NCBI GenBank assembly: GCA_963788195.1
Contig: CAWBGA010000017.1
Location: forward strand, 384,001 to 448,000
Direction: 5' to 3'
DNA from: Nitrospirota bacterium
GTDB taxonomy: Bacteria; Nitrospirota; Nitrospiria; Nitrospirales; NS-4
DNA: 64,000 nucleotides
Below the pieces are notes generated by a model. It did not search any database. It had not been told where the DNA came from and worked only from the letters and a program-made list of their open reading frames with translations. The translations under genes and the position numbers were made by a program. Below, piece after piece: positions 54,165-63,778 of the stretch (position 1 is its first letter; each line of letters opens with the position of its first letter).

Positions 54165-54328
54165 CATTGTCACGGGGTCAGAGAACGAGGCAGGATCAGG
54201 AAGGAGTCCGCTCCGAACAGGACCTGTCGCGATGCGATCGCGGGTCCGAGTGTTAGTGGTCGTCACCGGCCGGACCGTCACCGATGACAATGAGGCTTGA
54301 CTATACAGGTAAATACCGTGGTTGTCAA
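54165..54328 (-). promoter_or_regulatory. sigma70 promoter plus a long structured 5' leader of the DEAD-box helicase
   Basis: On the - strand, TTGACA-N17-TATAGT (54328-54300). The leader is closed by CATTGTCA/TGACAATG (54292-54285 and 54172-54165), with an internal hairpin at 54220-54247. Confidence 0.65.
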
Positions 54329-54371
54329 ATGTCCTTCCCGTTATACTGAGGGACCGTACAGGAGAGATTTC

Positions 54372-54737
54372 ATGCAGTTTCTGTGGATGACGCTCATTGT
54401 CGCCTTCCGAGTGCTCGGGCGGCACCGCCTGCGGTCAGCGCTGACGATGCTAGGTATGGTCATCGGGGTTGCCGCGGTCATTGCCATGGTAAGTATCGGA
54501 GAAGGCGCCAAAGCGGCGGTGCAGGCTCAGTTGGCGACATTCGGGACGAATGTCATTATCGTGCTGCCCGGGGCCAGCAGCGTAGCCTCACAGATTGCAG
54601 GCTGGCCGACGATTGTTCCGATGAGTGTGATAGCAGGCGCCTTCGCCTTCTTGGGAATCGTGGGTGTCTTCTTTGGGTTGTATCCTGCCAACAAGGCCTC
54701 CTTGCTGAATCCCATGAAAGCCATTCGTCAGGAGTGA
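54372..54737 (+). pseudogene. Internally deleted MacB/FtsX-type ABC permease (121 aa, in frame)
   Basis: N-terminal LRSALTMLGMVIGVAAVIAMVSIGEGAK..FGTNVIIVLPG is fused directly to C-terminal GIVGVFFGLYPANKASLLNPMKAIRQE. Confidence 0.75.
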
Positions 54738-54748
54738 GCGACGGTGGC

Positions 54749-54997
54749 CTAGAAGCCTTCGGAGCGATGGCATCGAAAGCAATCCTGTCGCCTGGGATGC
54801 CGGGAGGACAGCGGGTACACTCCGGTGGGAGTATGACAGGCTACACACTGCTTTTCGGACTTGATCTGCCGGTGGGCGAAGTCCCCTGGCACTCGCGGAT
54901 TGTTATCGCGGGGGGTGGGAAGCAACGTGAGGAAGAAAATGACGGCGAGCGCCAATCCTATGAAGACGAAATCGGACTTCCTAGGCCGAAATTTCAT
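54749..54997 (-). CDS. Small membrane-anchored diheme c-type cytochrome
   Basis: TM, then CVACH and CFRCH, with two additional His as likely distal ligands. Confidence 0.8.
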   Translation of the reverse strand: MKFRPRKSDFVFIGLALAVIFFLTLLPTPRDNNPRVPGDFAHRQIKSEKQCVACHTPTGVYPLSSRHPRRQDCFRCHRSEGF

Positions 54998-55008
54998 TAA
55001 CGTGGCCT

Positions 55009-55102
55009 TTCGACAAGTTCAGGGCGAACGGTTTTAGAATCCCCCGGCACCTGACGCGTTGCTGCCGCGTCCGCTTTCCCCGTTCGTGCTGAGCATGTCG
55101 AA
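55009..55102. repeat. REP-like inverted pair (second family)
   Basis: TTCGACAAGTTCAGGGCGAACGG (55009-55031) and CCGTTCGTGCTGAGCATGTCGAA (55080-55102) are 19/23 complementary. Confidence 0.7.
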
Positions 55103-55136
55103 GCACCGCCAGCAATTTCTGCGTTCCTCGCTGCCG

Positions 55137-58028
55137 TCAAGACCGATACGCCTGTGCCAACAATTCCGCAATGTGGCGAACTTCGACTTCGCCCCGCAGC
55201 CCGTTTTTCAACTGAATCATACAGGCGGGACAGGAGGTCGCCACGATCTCAGCGCCGCTGTCTCGAATGGCCTCGCGTTTTCGCTCGAAAATCCTCTGGG
55301 ACGTCTCATAGTCTTTTACAAGAAAGGTGCCGGCGCCTCCCGCGCACCGTTCGGCGTCTCTCATCTCGACGAATTGAAGGCCCGGAATCCGCCGGAGAAG
55401 CTCCCGGGGCTGAGCGCTCACCCCTGCCGCTCTCAAATGGCAAGACGAATGGTAGGTCACCTTCTTGGGGATCTCGCGAGAAGGCCCGTTCTTCAGGCCC
55501 CTGCCGGAGAGAAATTCCGAAATATGCCGGACTTTACCGGCGATCGACTCCGCCTCGAGACGGTCCCGGCCGGAAAACCATTTCGGGTAATCCTTCAACG
55601 CCAAGGTGCAGGACGCGCAGCCCGTCACGACAGTCTCGAAGCGCGCAAGCGACTCAATATTGAACCGGGCGTATGTTTTGACGCGCTCGACATGGCCGTA
55701 GGTTTCAATCGGGGTGCCGGAGCAACGCTGGCGAGGCAAAACGGGTTCGACACCATTGCGGCGCAAAACTTCGATGACCGCGTCCCCCACGCCGTCCTGA
55801 AAGTAGTTCGCCGCGCACCCGTGGAAATAGGCAACCGGCCCATCGTGTCCCTGCTCCTCAGTCAGGTCGGCATGGCGCTCCCGCAGCAGGCGATAGGCCA
55901 AGCGTGGCAACACCATGTCAGCCGGCAGCCGGGCTGTTTCGGCGAGTTGGCGCAGGATCGGCCTCACCGCCCGCTCGAGCAGACGCCGCGGCAGAGGCCG
56001 GTCCCATAGCCTCTGCGTCCGGGCCAGCAGCTTGAGCAGCGGCTCAAAGAGCCAGGGTTGGCCCTGGAGGGCAAAGATCATCCCCGCGAGCATGTTGGGG
56101 TGTTCCGCCCGCTTCTGCATAATAAGCTCGGAGACGTCCACCCCCGCCGGACAGATCGTCCGGCAGGACTTGCAATTGACACAGGCGTCCACCACCCGCT
56201 TTGAATTCAAATAGTCGTATCCCGGAGACGTGACGATCTCAAACCATCCGCGCGAACTCATGTCTTCGGATTGAAACACATCATAGACGGGGCAGACGGA
56301 GTTGCACTTGGCGCAGGTGGCGCAAGGCTTGGAGAGCCGAACATAGTCGATATGCTCGGTAAAGGCCGTTCTGCTGATCTTGACGCCGGGATTAAAGATG
56401 TTCTTCGGATCAAAAGCTGTCTTCACCTGCTCAAACAAGCGGTAGAGTTCCTCGCCGAAGAATCGCGGCACAAACTCTGCGCGCACACGCCCATCTCCGT
56501 GCTCACCGCAGATCGATCCACCAAAACGCGAAATGATGGTGCTGTGGATCTCGTGGTAACCCGCCACCATACGCTCGAAATCCTTCGGATCGTTGAGATC
56601 GAGCAGGGGGACAATGTGGGCGTTTCCGTTTCCGATGTGCCCGAAGATGGCGACATTCACGTCCTGGCCCTTGAAGAACTCCGAGAGGTATCTCACCAGC
56701 TCGGCAATCCGGTCGGCCGCCACGACCACGTCGTCCACATAATTGATCGGTTTCTTCTTGCCATCATAGCGGTACAGGGTAGGGTACAGGGCGTTACGTG
56801 CCTTCCACAGTTGATCTTGATGCTCTCTTTCAACGGCAATCGTGGGGTCCTGGCACAATCGATATTTGCGGCAGACCGCCTTGACGGCTTCCAACATCGC
56901 CGCAATAGGCGTTTCGCCGGCATCGAATTCAGCAAGCAAGGTTGCTGCGGCGTCAGCCGGCACGGCGTGGGCGGCGCGGCCGATGAGATTGAGGGTATTC
57001 GCATCCATGACCTCGAGCGCCATCGGGGCTAAAGGCAGCAGGTCGAAGACCGCCGCGCCGACGTCATCGAGGTACTGAAAATGGATCAGCGCCGTCGCGG
57101 TCACCTTGGGCCGCTTGACCAGCTTCACCGTGGCCTCGGTGATCACACCAAGTGTGCCTTCGCTTCCGACAAACAACTTCGGAAGATCGACGATTCCCTG
57201 GTCGAGACCGTCCGCCAGGCCGAAGAGATTGTAGCCGGTGCTGTTCTTCGTCACCGTGGGCTTTTTACTATGGATGAGGCCGGCGTTCTGTCGAACAAGG
57301 GCGATCGTCTGGGTCAGCCCCTGGTGACTCGCAAGCAGGCGCTCGGTCATCGGATCGCCATCAGCCAGAGCCTCGGCGGTGAGACATGTGCCATTGTCGA
57401 GATGAAGGCGGATCGCATGGACATTGTCTTTGACGGAGCCGTAACGCAAGCGTATGCGGTCCCGCCGAATTGTTTGACAGCATCCCTCCAAGCTTGCACA
57501 TGTCGCGGCTGGAGGGATCCGGACCGAACATCAGGCCGTGGGGCTCGAGCTTTTTGTTGAATTCGGTGAGATTCAGCCCTGGCTGGATACGGGCCCAGCA
57601 TTCTTCAACATTTAGCTCGAGGAGCTGTCTCATGCCGCCGCAGTCGAGAATGATCCCCGCCCCGACGGCCGAGCCCGTGAGGTTTGTTCCGGCCGCGCGC
57701 GGGGTAATCGGCACCCCGGTCTCCAAGGCATAGGCCACGGTTGCGGCAATGTCATCCTCGGTCTGTGCCAGCACGACCGCCTGGGGCGCAATCTTATAGA
57801 TGCTGGCGTCGACCGAGTAGGCCGTAATTGTCGGAAAGTCGTCTTTGACCTTGTCGGCGCCCAACCTGCGGCGAAGGTCCGAGCCGACACTGCTGGATCG
57901 ATCCGGAAGGATCAGCGCGGGGGAAAAGGAGGAAGCTGTCTTGGCAGGTTCCAGGGTGGGCGGGTGCATCGGGTCAAGGGTCGGTCTCGGCCGACCCGGG
58001 GTGGGCGGGTGCACGGGGATTCACTCAT
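55137..58028 (-). CDS. FAD-binding/Fe-S 2-hydroxyacid oxidoreductase (GlcD-GlcF fusion); frameshift near ~57450
   Basis: PRAAGTNLTG, FGPDPSS..C.LGGM..NN, GSEGTLGVIT, GHIGNGNAH, GEHGDGR, FDP..IFNPG, CATCAKC...CP, CVNCKSC...CP, CCG-like domains (YFHGC, YHSSCH, TSCPAC). Confidence 0.88.
57919..58014 (-). repeat. Hairpin mini-element cluster D: two 45-nt units at the 5' end of the oxidoreductase gene
   Basis: On the - strand, CACCCGCCCACCCC-GGGTCG-GCCGAGAC-CGACCC (hairpin 57997-57978) and CACCCGCCCACCCT-GGAACCT-GCCAAGAC-AGCTTCC (57952-57931). Confidence 0.88.
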
Positions 58029-58094
58029 GAAGGCTTCTGCGGAAGCGGGTCATGCTCAAATTGTACGAGAGACGTACGCCTGCGGCAAGCGGAC

Positions 58095-59498
58095 TCAGGA
58101 GGCCCGGCGCTGGGACGGGTGGGCGTGATCCTCCAAGGCGAGCTCGACGATGCGTTCTTCGGAGAGTCCAAGACCATGGTAATGCACGTAATGGCGATCC
58201 ATCGCCTCTGGATACCCGTGAGAGGGCAATGCCTCCTCCCGAAGTTGCTTCACGCGATCAAGGATACGTTTCACCGAATCGGGGGTGATCTCGACGCCAT
58301 ATTGCCTGAGAGTGTCACCGTGCTTGCTGAGGACCGCTTCGACGGCGGCCGCCCCGCTGTGCTTGCCGAAGACAAACCGCTGCTCCCCGCCGACCGATTC
58401 TTCGGAGATGAATTGATAGATAGCCGGGTGGATCGCGATAGCCGCAGTGTGAATGCCGGATTCGTGTTTGAAGACGCCTTCCCCGACAACCGGCTCATGA
58501 GGCTGGAGTGGGACCCCGGAATAGAGCTCAACCTTGCGACGCAGATCGGTCAACAGTTCGTATCGGAACCCAGGGATGACGACGCCATAAAGCATTTTCA
58601 AGACCATGACCAGTTCGTGAAGCGGGGTATTGCCGGCGCGCTCCCCGATCCCGTTCGCCGTAACCCCTGCATACAGGGCGCCGTGATGCAAGGCCCGGAC
58701 CGTATTAATGGCGCCCAGACCAAAGTCGTTATGGAAATGCGCAGTCAGAGGAACCTTGCCCAGGACTTTCACCAGCCTGGGAATATAATGATCCACCGCC
58801 TCCGGCGTGAAGACCCCGCAGGTGTCCGAAAAGCACATACGGGTTCCCCCGGCCGCAACGCACGCCGTGGCCCAGACTTCTCCATAGGCCAGGTCGGAGC
58901 GCGAGGCGTCTTCGGCCGCAAATTCGACACGCGAGAAACCCTGGTCACGGGCGTATCCGATGGCGCCCGTAATAAGACGAATATTTTGCTCCCGATAAAA
59001 TTCGAGCGGGCGATCCAGCCACTGATCTTCAGCCTGCCCCGCCTGACGAAGGAGGGTTCTGCCGAGCTTGTATTTGAGATGCAGGTCGGACAGGGTGGAC
59101 AGCAGGAGAACACTCACATCATCAGGCTTCGCGCCAATCGCCGTAACCGTGCTCACGACGGCATCGATATCCTCCTTGACGCTGCGGCACATTGCGAGGA
59201 TCTCGATATCCCCACGGATCTTCCCCTGACGTTGCGCTGTCACAATGAGCTGCAGCGCGCGTCGGTCCGACTCCGAGACGGCCGGAAAGGCGGGGTCGAT
59301 CACATGGACCCCGATCTCCGACAGCAGACAGGCCAGTTCGAGTTTCTGCTCCGGGGAAAACGCCACCCCAGGCATCTGTTCACCGTCGCGCAGCGTATCG
59401 TCATAGATGCGGATCTGGGCGGGATCCGGAAACTGCACATGCTGCGTAAATTGAGTAGGTGGAACGGCGAGGCGCTCTAGCGGCTCTCGAAGATTCAT
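58095..59498 (-). CDS. DRE-TIM metallolyase, homocitrate synthase/LeuA-like, without the C-terminal regulatory domain
   Basis: YDDTLRDGEQMPG, AEDASRSD, HFHNDFGLG..N, NGIGERAGN, FKHESGIH, GKHSG. Confidence 0.85.
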   Translation of the reverse strand: MNLREPLERLAVPPTQFTQHVQFPDPAQIRIYDDTLRDGEQMPGVAFSPEQKLELACLLSEIGVHVIDPAFPAVSESDRRALQLIVTAQRQGKIRGDIEILAMCRSVKEDIDAVVSTVTAIGAKPDDVSVLLLSTLSDLHLKYKLGRTLLRQAGQAEDQWLDRPLEFYREQNIRLITGAIGYARDQGFSRVEFAAEDASRSDLAYGEVWATACVAAGGTRMCFSDTCGVFTPEAVDHYIPRLVKVLGKVPLTAHFHNDFGLGAINTVRALHHGALYAGVTANGIGERAGNTPLHELVMVLKMLYGVVIPGFRYELLTDLRRKVELYSGVPLQPHEPVVGEGVFKHESGIHTAAIAIHPAIYQFISEESVGGEQRFVFGKHSGAAAVEAVLSKHGDTLRQYGVEITPDSVKRILDRVKQLREEALPSHGYPEAMDRHYVHYHGLGLSEERIVELALEDHAHPSQRRAS

Positions 59499-59551
59499 GG
59501 GTCGGAATTGTACATGAACCGCCGCAGTTGCGCCAGTTCCGCCGGACGGGC

Positions 59552-59899
59552 TTAGAAGAGCAGTTTTATGTTGGAAACGAATTCGTTCAGAGTCGACTTG
59601 AGAGGGTTGGAAGAGCTGGCCAACTTGGCTGCGCGGGCGGCAGTTTCCTTGTCGCGGTAAAAGACCCCTGCTGACTCGGCAAAGCGCTTCATGACGTCGA
59701 CTTCGTCGAGACGAAGGTAGCGGGCATAGGTCCTGACGTAGGATTTTGCCACGGTCTCGGGAGGAAGTTTTGCATAGTTTTCGCCCTCTATGGCTTCAAG
59801 GTGTCCGGGGCCAATACGGGTGTAAAGGGTGATATCGCGAAGACCGTACCCTTTCTCTATTCTCATCCGTTTGAGATACTGCCCCAACGACTCTTCCAT
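59552..59899 (-). CDS. RodZ-like HTH (HTH_25) protein
   Basis: SLGQYLKRMR..G..L.DI...TRI...L.AIE..NY..LP....KSYVRTYA.YL.LD. Confidence 0.85.
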   Translation of the reverse strand: MEESLGQYLKRMRIEKGYGLRDITLYTRIGPGHLEAIEGENYAKLPPETVAKSYVRTYARYLRLDEVDVMKRFAESAGVFYRDKETAARAAKLASSSNPLKSTLNEFVSNIKLLF

Positions 59900-60114
59900 G
59901 AAGTTTCCCTTCTGTGTTGCTCGGCTGATTCCCTATCAATTCAGGGATGTCACCCTTAATATCGGCGGTACGCTCTGAAACTTGAATCGGCACGGTACAT
60001 TTCCAGGGCACCCGGATTCCTTTGGATGACCGGCATGACAGTTTGGGACAGCGGTGGCCTTTGTTGCCGCGGTCCTGCCTGCAATCGCTTTGCGGACCGG
60101 GAGTCTGAGCCCCC

Positions 60115-60864
60115 TTATTCCGCCGGCGATCTCAGTCCCTTGTGCAGCTTGACCGGCTGCCGCTTCCTGCGCAGCCGGAGATTGAGCATTTCCACCGCCA
60201 CGGAAAAGGCCATGGCGAAATAGATGTAGCCCTTCGGAATCTGCATTTCGAGTCCTTCGCCGATGAGGGCCATGCCGACCAGGAGCAGGAACGAGAGCGC
60301 TAGCATCTTGATGGTCGGATGGGTGTCGACGAAGTCGCCGATCGGGCGGGCGGCGAACATCATGACGCCCACCGCGATGACGATGGCGAGCACCATCACG
60401 GAAATTTGGCTGACCATTCCGACCGCTGTAATCACTGAGTCCAGCGAGAACACAATGTCGATGATGGCGATCTGGATCAAGGTGCCGAAGAAATCGGCAT
60501 GCTTGGGCGTCCCGGGGTCGTGCCCGCCCGCGCCCTCGAGAGAGTTGTGGATCTCCATGACCGATTTGGCAAGCAAAAACAGTCCGCCGCCGATCAGGAT
60601 CACATCGCGGCCGGAGATTTCATGGGCGAAGACGGAGAACAGCGTGCCAGTCAGACGCATCATCCAGGCGAGCGACAACAGCAAGGCTATGCGGGTCAAC
60701 ATCGCGAGGCCCAGGCCGATCACCCGCGCCCGTTGGCGCTTCGCCGGCGGCAAACGGCTGACGAGAATGGAGATGAAAATAATATTGTCCACCCCGAGCA
60801 CGATTTCGAGTGCGGTAAGGCTGAGCAGCGCTATCCAGACTTCAGGCAGAGCTAACCAATCCAT
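60115..60864 (-). CDS. TerC-family membrane protein (UPF0053 type)
   Basis: LEIVLGVDNIIFI, GRDVILIGGGLFLLAK, DIVFSLDSVITAVG, HPTIKMLALSFL, PKGYIYFAMAFS. Confidence 0.93.
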   Translation of the reverse strand: MDWLALPEVWIALLSLTALEIVLGVDNIIFISILVSRLPPAKRQRARVIGLGLAMLTRIALLLSLAWMMRLTGTLFSVFAHEISGRDVILIGGGLFLLAKSVMEIHNSLEGAGGHDPGTPKHADFFGTLIQIAIIDIVFSLDSVITAVGMVSQISVMVLAIVIAVGVMMFAARPIGDFVDTHPTIKMLALSFLLLVGMALIGEGLEMQIPKGYIYFAMAFSVAVEMLNLRLRRKRQPVKLHKGLRSPAE

Positions 60865-60919
60865 GAGTACTCCTTCAGCAAGGCTGTTCAATTGCCGATA
60901 CTAGATGAACCCTGGCGCC

Positions 60920-63037
60920 CTATCCGACGGTCGTGCTGAGCAGGTATGTTTCCATTTCTTTTCGCTGCTGGTCATAGGTCCGTTGCAACCGCTCGATTTC
61001 GCTCTGCAGCTTCTCGATATGGCTCTCCTGATCGTTGAGCTTGCCGAGTAAGCGCGTATAGTATTGGCTGTTTTGCGTCACCGTATTCAGATTGTCCCGG
61101 ATTCGCTTTTGCTCCTGGGTGATTTCTGCCAATTCCCTTCGCTTCTGTTCGATCTGCCGCTGGGTGTCCAGCACTGCGCTCTTGAGCCCGATGGTCTTGA
61201 TCAGGGCCTCTCGCACGTCCGACGGGATCTCCCCGCTTCGCGTGTAGAATTCCAGTTGGCCGAGATCGGCGGGTAGGATCGCAATCGTTTCCGCTTGTAC
61301 CGTCTCCTCTTTGACAGTCAGTCTCCGAGCCTTCCCGGCCGGAATCTGATCACGAAAACGGTACAGCGAATCCGTGGTCTCCATAGGTTTGGGTGTCTCG
61401 ACCAGCTTCCACCCCGCTTGGATGGGATGTTCGATAATCACGTCTTTGGCTTTCTGCGATTTGTTCTCTATGAAATACTCTTGCGTGACACCATGCTTCC
61501 GAGTGAGATGTAACACTCCTTTGACCAGCCGTCCGGTCTGAATATTGTTGTCCTGCACACGATGCGTCGCGTTCACCTGCATCTCCAAGTCGATCCCATA
61601 GCTGATGAACCGCTCCTGGCCGGGGGCAAGACTGTCGATCTGCGCATCACCGGCATAGCCATGGTCATCCAAAACCGTTATGGGTCCCTGCAAGAGATGT
61701 TTGCCGGTCGTATTCTTGATCCGCGCTCCATAAAGCGGATTCCTCGGCAACACAGTTTGATTGTAAATACTCACACGCTCCGCTGCGACTTCCTCGGTCA
61801 CGATCGGCAGCATAGCCGCACGCTGGCGGGGGAGCGAGACATTCGCAATGGTGTATTGAAAGAGCTCGCCGATCTTGCCGGCCGCGGCAACCGACGCGAT
61901 CCCGGAGGTTGGATCGATGCCGCGTGCGGGAAGACTTCCCGGTTTGGATTCCGAGAGGACGCCTTCAGCGCCGGCCTGATCGCGTCTGAGCTGGTTCTGT
62001 CTCGTCGACGGGCTCGGCGCTTTCTTGAGCGCATCCTTTTCGCGCTCCTGTTTATTCTCGGCGAACTGTTCGGCGGCGCGATCCTTATCCAGTCCGGCAT
62101 CGTAGGTCTGGGGCCGCAGACTGGCAAAAAGCTCAGGCTGGACGATCGGCCGTGGAAGGTACAGGGGCTGATATAACTCCTCGATGAAGGAAATTGGGCG
62201 CCCGCTGACCAGGGAGAGATTCACGTGCTTCCAGTCACTGTCCGTCTGGTTCTCGAGAATCGCCCACCCCTGTAACTTCGCTTTTTCCTCTTTGCCGGGC
62301 AGAATCAAACGATAACTGGTTTTCCAGATCGGAGTTTCGACGACATAGCCAAGCCTGACCTGGCGCTCGCCCTGTCCTCGAAAACTGATCGAGACGGTTT
62401 TCTTGTCCTGATCTCTGGCCTGAGACAGAGCCATCAACGCTTTGTTTAACTCGTCCTGGAGTTGCTCGTCTTCCAGTTCGATTTTCTGCACATCATCCAG
62501 GGACACAGCTCGAATGCTGCCCCCGGCGATAAGATTCACGACCGGGACCTCAATGACACGGCCTTTGTCATCGACGGCTTTGGGCTTGCGCTCAACTCCG
62601 AGGATCATTCCCGTGATCCGCTCGGCCTGTGCTGTCACCGTCAGCTTCGCCCCGCGGAGTTGGGTTAGTAAGTCGGCCAGTGGCGGATTGCCGGTGATAT
62701 TGACCTGAAAGCTCCGTAGTGTCTTGGATAGCGGATCTTGAGAGGGAAACACCACTGCGGTGACCGTCCCCACGCGATCCTCAAGAACCAAGGACTTGAG
62801 AATATCGTTGATCTGATTGGTTTTGAATCTAAGCTCGGTCGTCACATCCCCTGCGATGGTCCCTGCGTGCTCGAAATAACCGACGCCGCTGCTGAACAGT
62901 ACGACATTTCGGACCGGGATGTCCGGCGCGGGAGCCTGAGGGGATGAGGCGCCCGCGGCGAGCGCCGTAGATATGGCGCCGGCGGCGACGGTTGAAACTA
63001 TCACGAAAAAGAGAACAATCCGACGCAGCTGTTTCAT
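60920..63037 (-). CDS. Secreted DUF4139-like domain protein
   Basis: Signal peptide, VVLFSSGVGYFE, WKTSYRL, GWAILENQT..DW..V.LSLVSGRP, C-terminal coiled coil. Confidence 0.7.
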   Translation of the reverse strand: MKQLRRIVLFFVIVSTVAAGAISTALAAGASSPQAPAPDIPVRNVVLFSSGVGYFEHAGTIAGDVTTELRFKTNQINDILKSLVLEDRVGTVTAVVFPSQDPLSKTLRSFQVNITGNPPLADLLTQLRGAKLTVTAQAERITGMILGVERKPKAVDDKGRVIEVPVVNLIAGGSIRAVSLDDVQKIELEDEQLQDELNKALMALSQARDQDKKTVSISFRGQGERQVRLGYVVETPIWKTSYRLILPGKEEKAKLQGWAILENQTDSDWKHVNLSLVSGRPISFIEELYQPLYLPRPIVQPELFASLRPQTYDAGLDKDRAAEQFAENKQEREKDALKKAPSPSTRQNQLRRDQAGAEGVLSESKPGSLPARGIDPTSGIASVAAAGKIGELFQYTIANVSLPRQRAAMLPIVTEEVAAERVSIYNQTVLPRNPLYGARIKNTTGKHLLQGPITVLDDHGYAGDAQIDSLAPGQERFISYGIDLEMQVNATHRVQDNNIQTGRLVKGVLHLTRKHGVTQEYFIENKSQKAKDVIIEHPIQAGWKLVETPKPMETTDSLYRFRDQIPAGKARRLTVKEETVQAETIAILPADLGQLEFYTRSGEIPSDVREALIKTIGLKSAVLDTQRQIEQKRRELAEITQEQKRIRDNLNTVTQNSQYYTRLLGKLNDQESHIEKLQSEIERLQRTYDQQRKEMETYLLSTTVG

Positions 63038-63326
63038 ATTTATCCTTTCGGCCAAGGTGAATTGTGTGACCCTCTTGACCAGTAAGATGCGGTGAACATG
63101 CAGATCCTTTCACCGTCAGACGCAAAAATCGAGACCTCGTCGCAACTATTTTGCGATTCTATGTGATTCAAGCATCTCAACAAACATTTTCGACGCCGCC
63201 GCGGCGGTCATGAGATCCCTACGAGCGGGTCGCTTCCGGTACCTCTGGCACAGCTTGCGCCCGTCCCATTCTTGACGTCATCGGAATAACACCCTAAACT
63301 TGGCCCGTCACCTGCGGGCGGATCAT

Positions 63327-63765
63327 ATGGAATGGTGGTATTGGTTATTGCTGGGATTGATTCTGTTGGGCGTGGAGCTTGTCGCGCCCAGCGGTTTTTA
63401 TCTCATGTTTCTGGGGCTGGCTGCGCTATGCGTCGGAACGCTGGTCGCGCTGGGCATGGCGAAGGCGATCTGGTTGCAGTGGGTACTGTTTTCGGGTCTC
63501 TCGGTCGTCGCCCTCCTGTTTTTTCGCGGGCCATTGCTCGCGCGGTTCAAATACAAAGAACGTCCTCACGCCATAGTGGACCCCTTGGTGGGAGAGATCG
63601 CCATCCCTCTTGGAAGATGTCGCGCCGGGTTCTACAGGCAAAGCCGAACTCCATGGAACGGCCTGGACGGTCCTCAACAGCGGCGACAGCATTCTGACAA
63701 AGGGACAGCGCACCCGTGTGGTTCGCGTCGACGGGCTCACCCTCTGGATCGCTCAAGACACGTAA
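63327..63765 (+). CDS. nfeD: NfeD-family protein; frameshift near ~63610
   Basis: MEWWYWLLLGLILLGVEL..GFYLMFLG, then G.AELHGT.W..G.R.RVVRVDGLTL.I in a shifted frame; adjacent to SPFH gene. Confidence 0.85.
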
Positions 63766-63778
63766 AAGGAGACGAACA

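Noticed and set aside
58119..59480. 453-aa antisense ORF over the homocitrate-synthase-like gene
   Set aside because: Shadow ORF expected from GC-rich codon bias; no recognisable motifs. The same applies to the other long antisense ORFs in the track.
59995..60045. Degenerate REP-like half element (GGATTCC..GGCATGAC)
   Set aside because: Only a partial single arm with no clear partner or second copy in the window.
63246..63259. sigma54-like TGGCACAGCTTGC upstream of nfeD
   Set aside because: GG-to-GC spacing is 8 nt instead of the required 10.
60864..63300. yybP-ykoY (Mn) riboswitch for the TerC gene
   Set aside because: TerC follows the DUF4139 gene within about 55 nt, and I could not recognise the motif there or upstream of the operon by eye. 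cmscan would be decisive.
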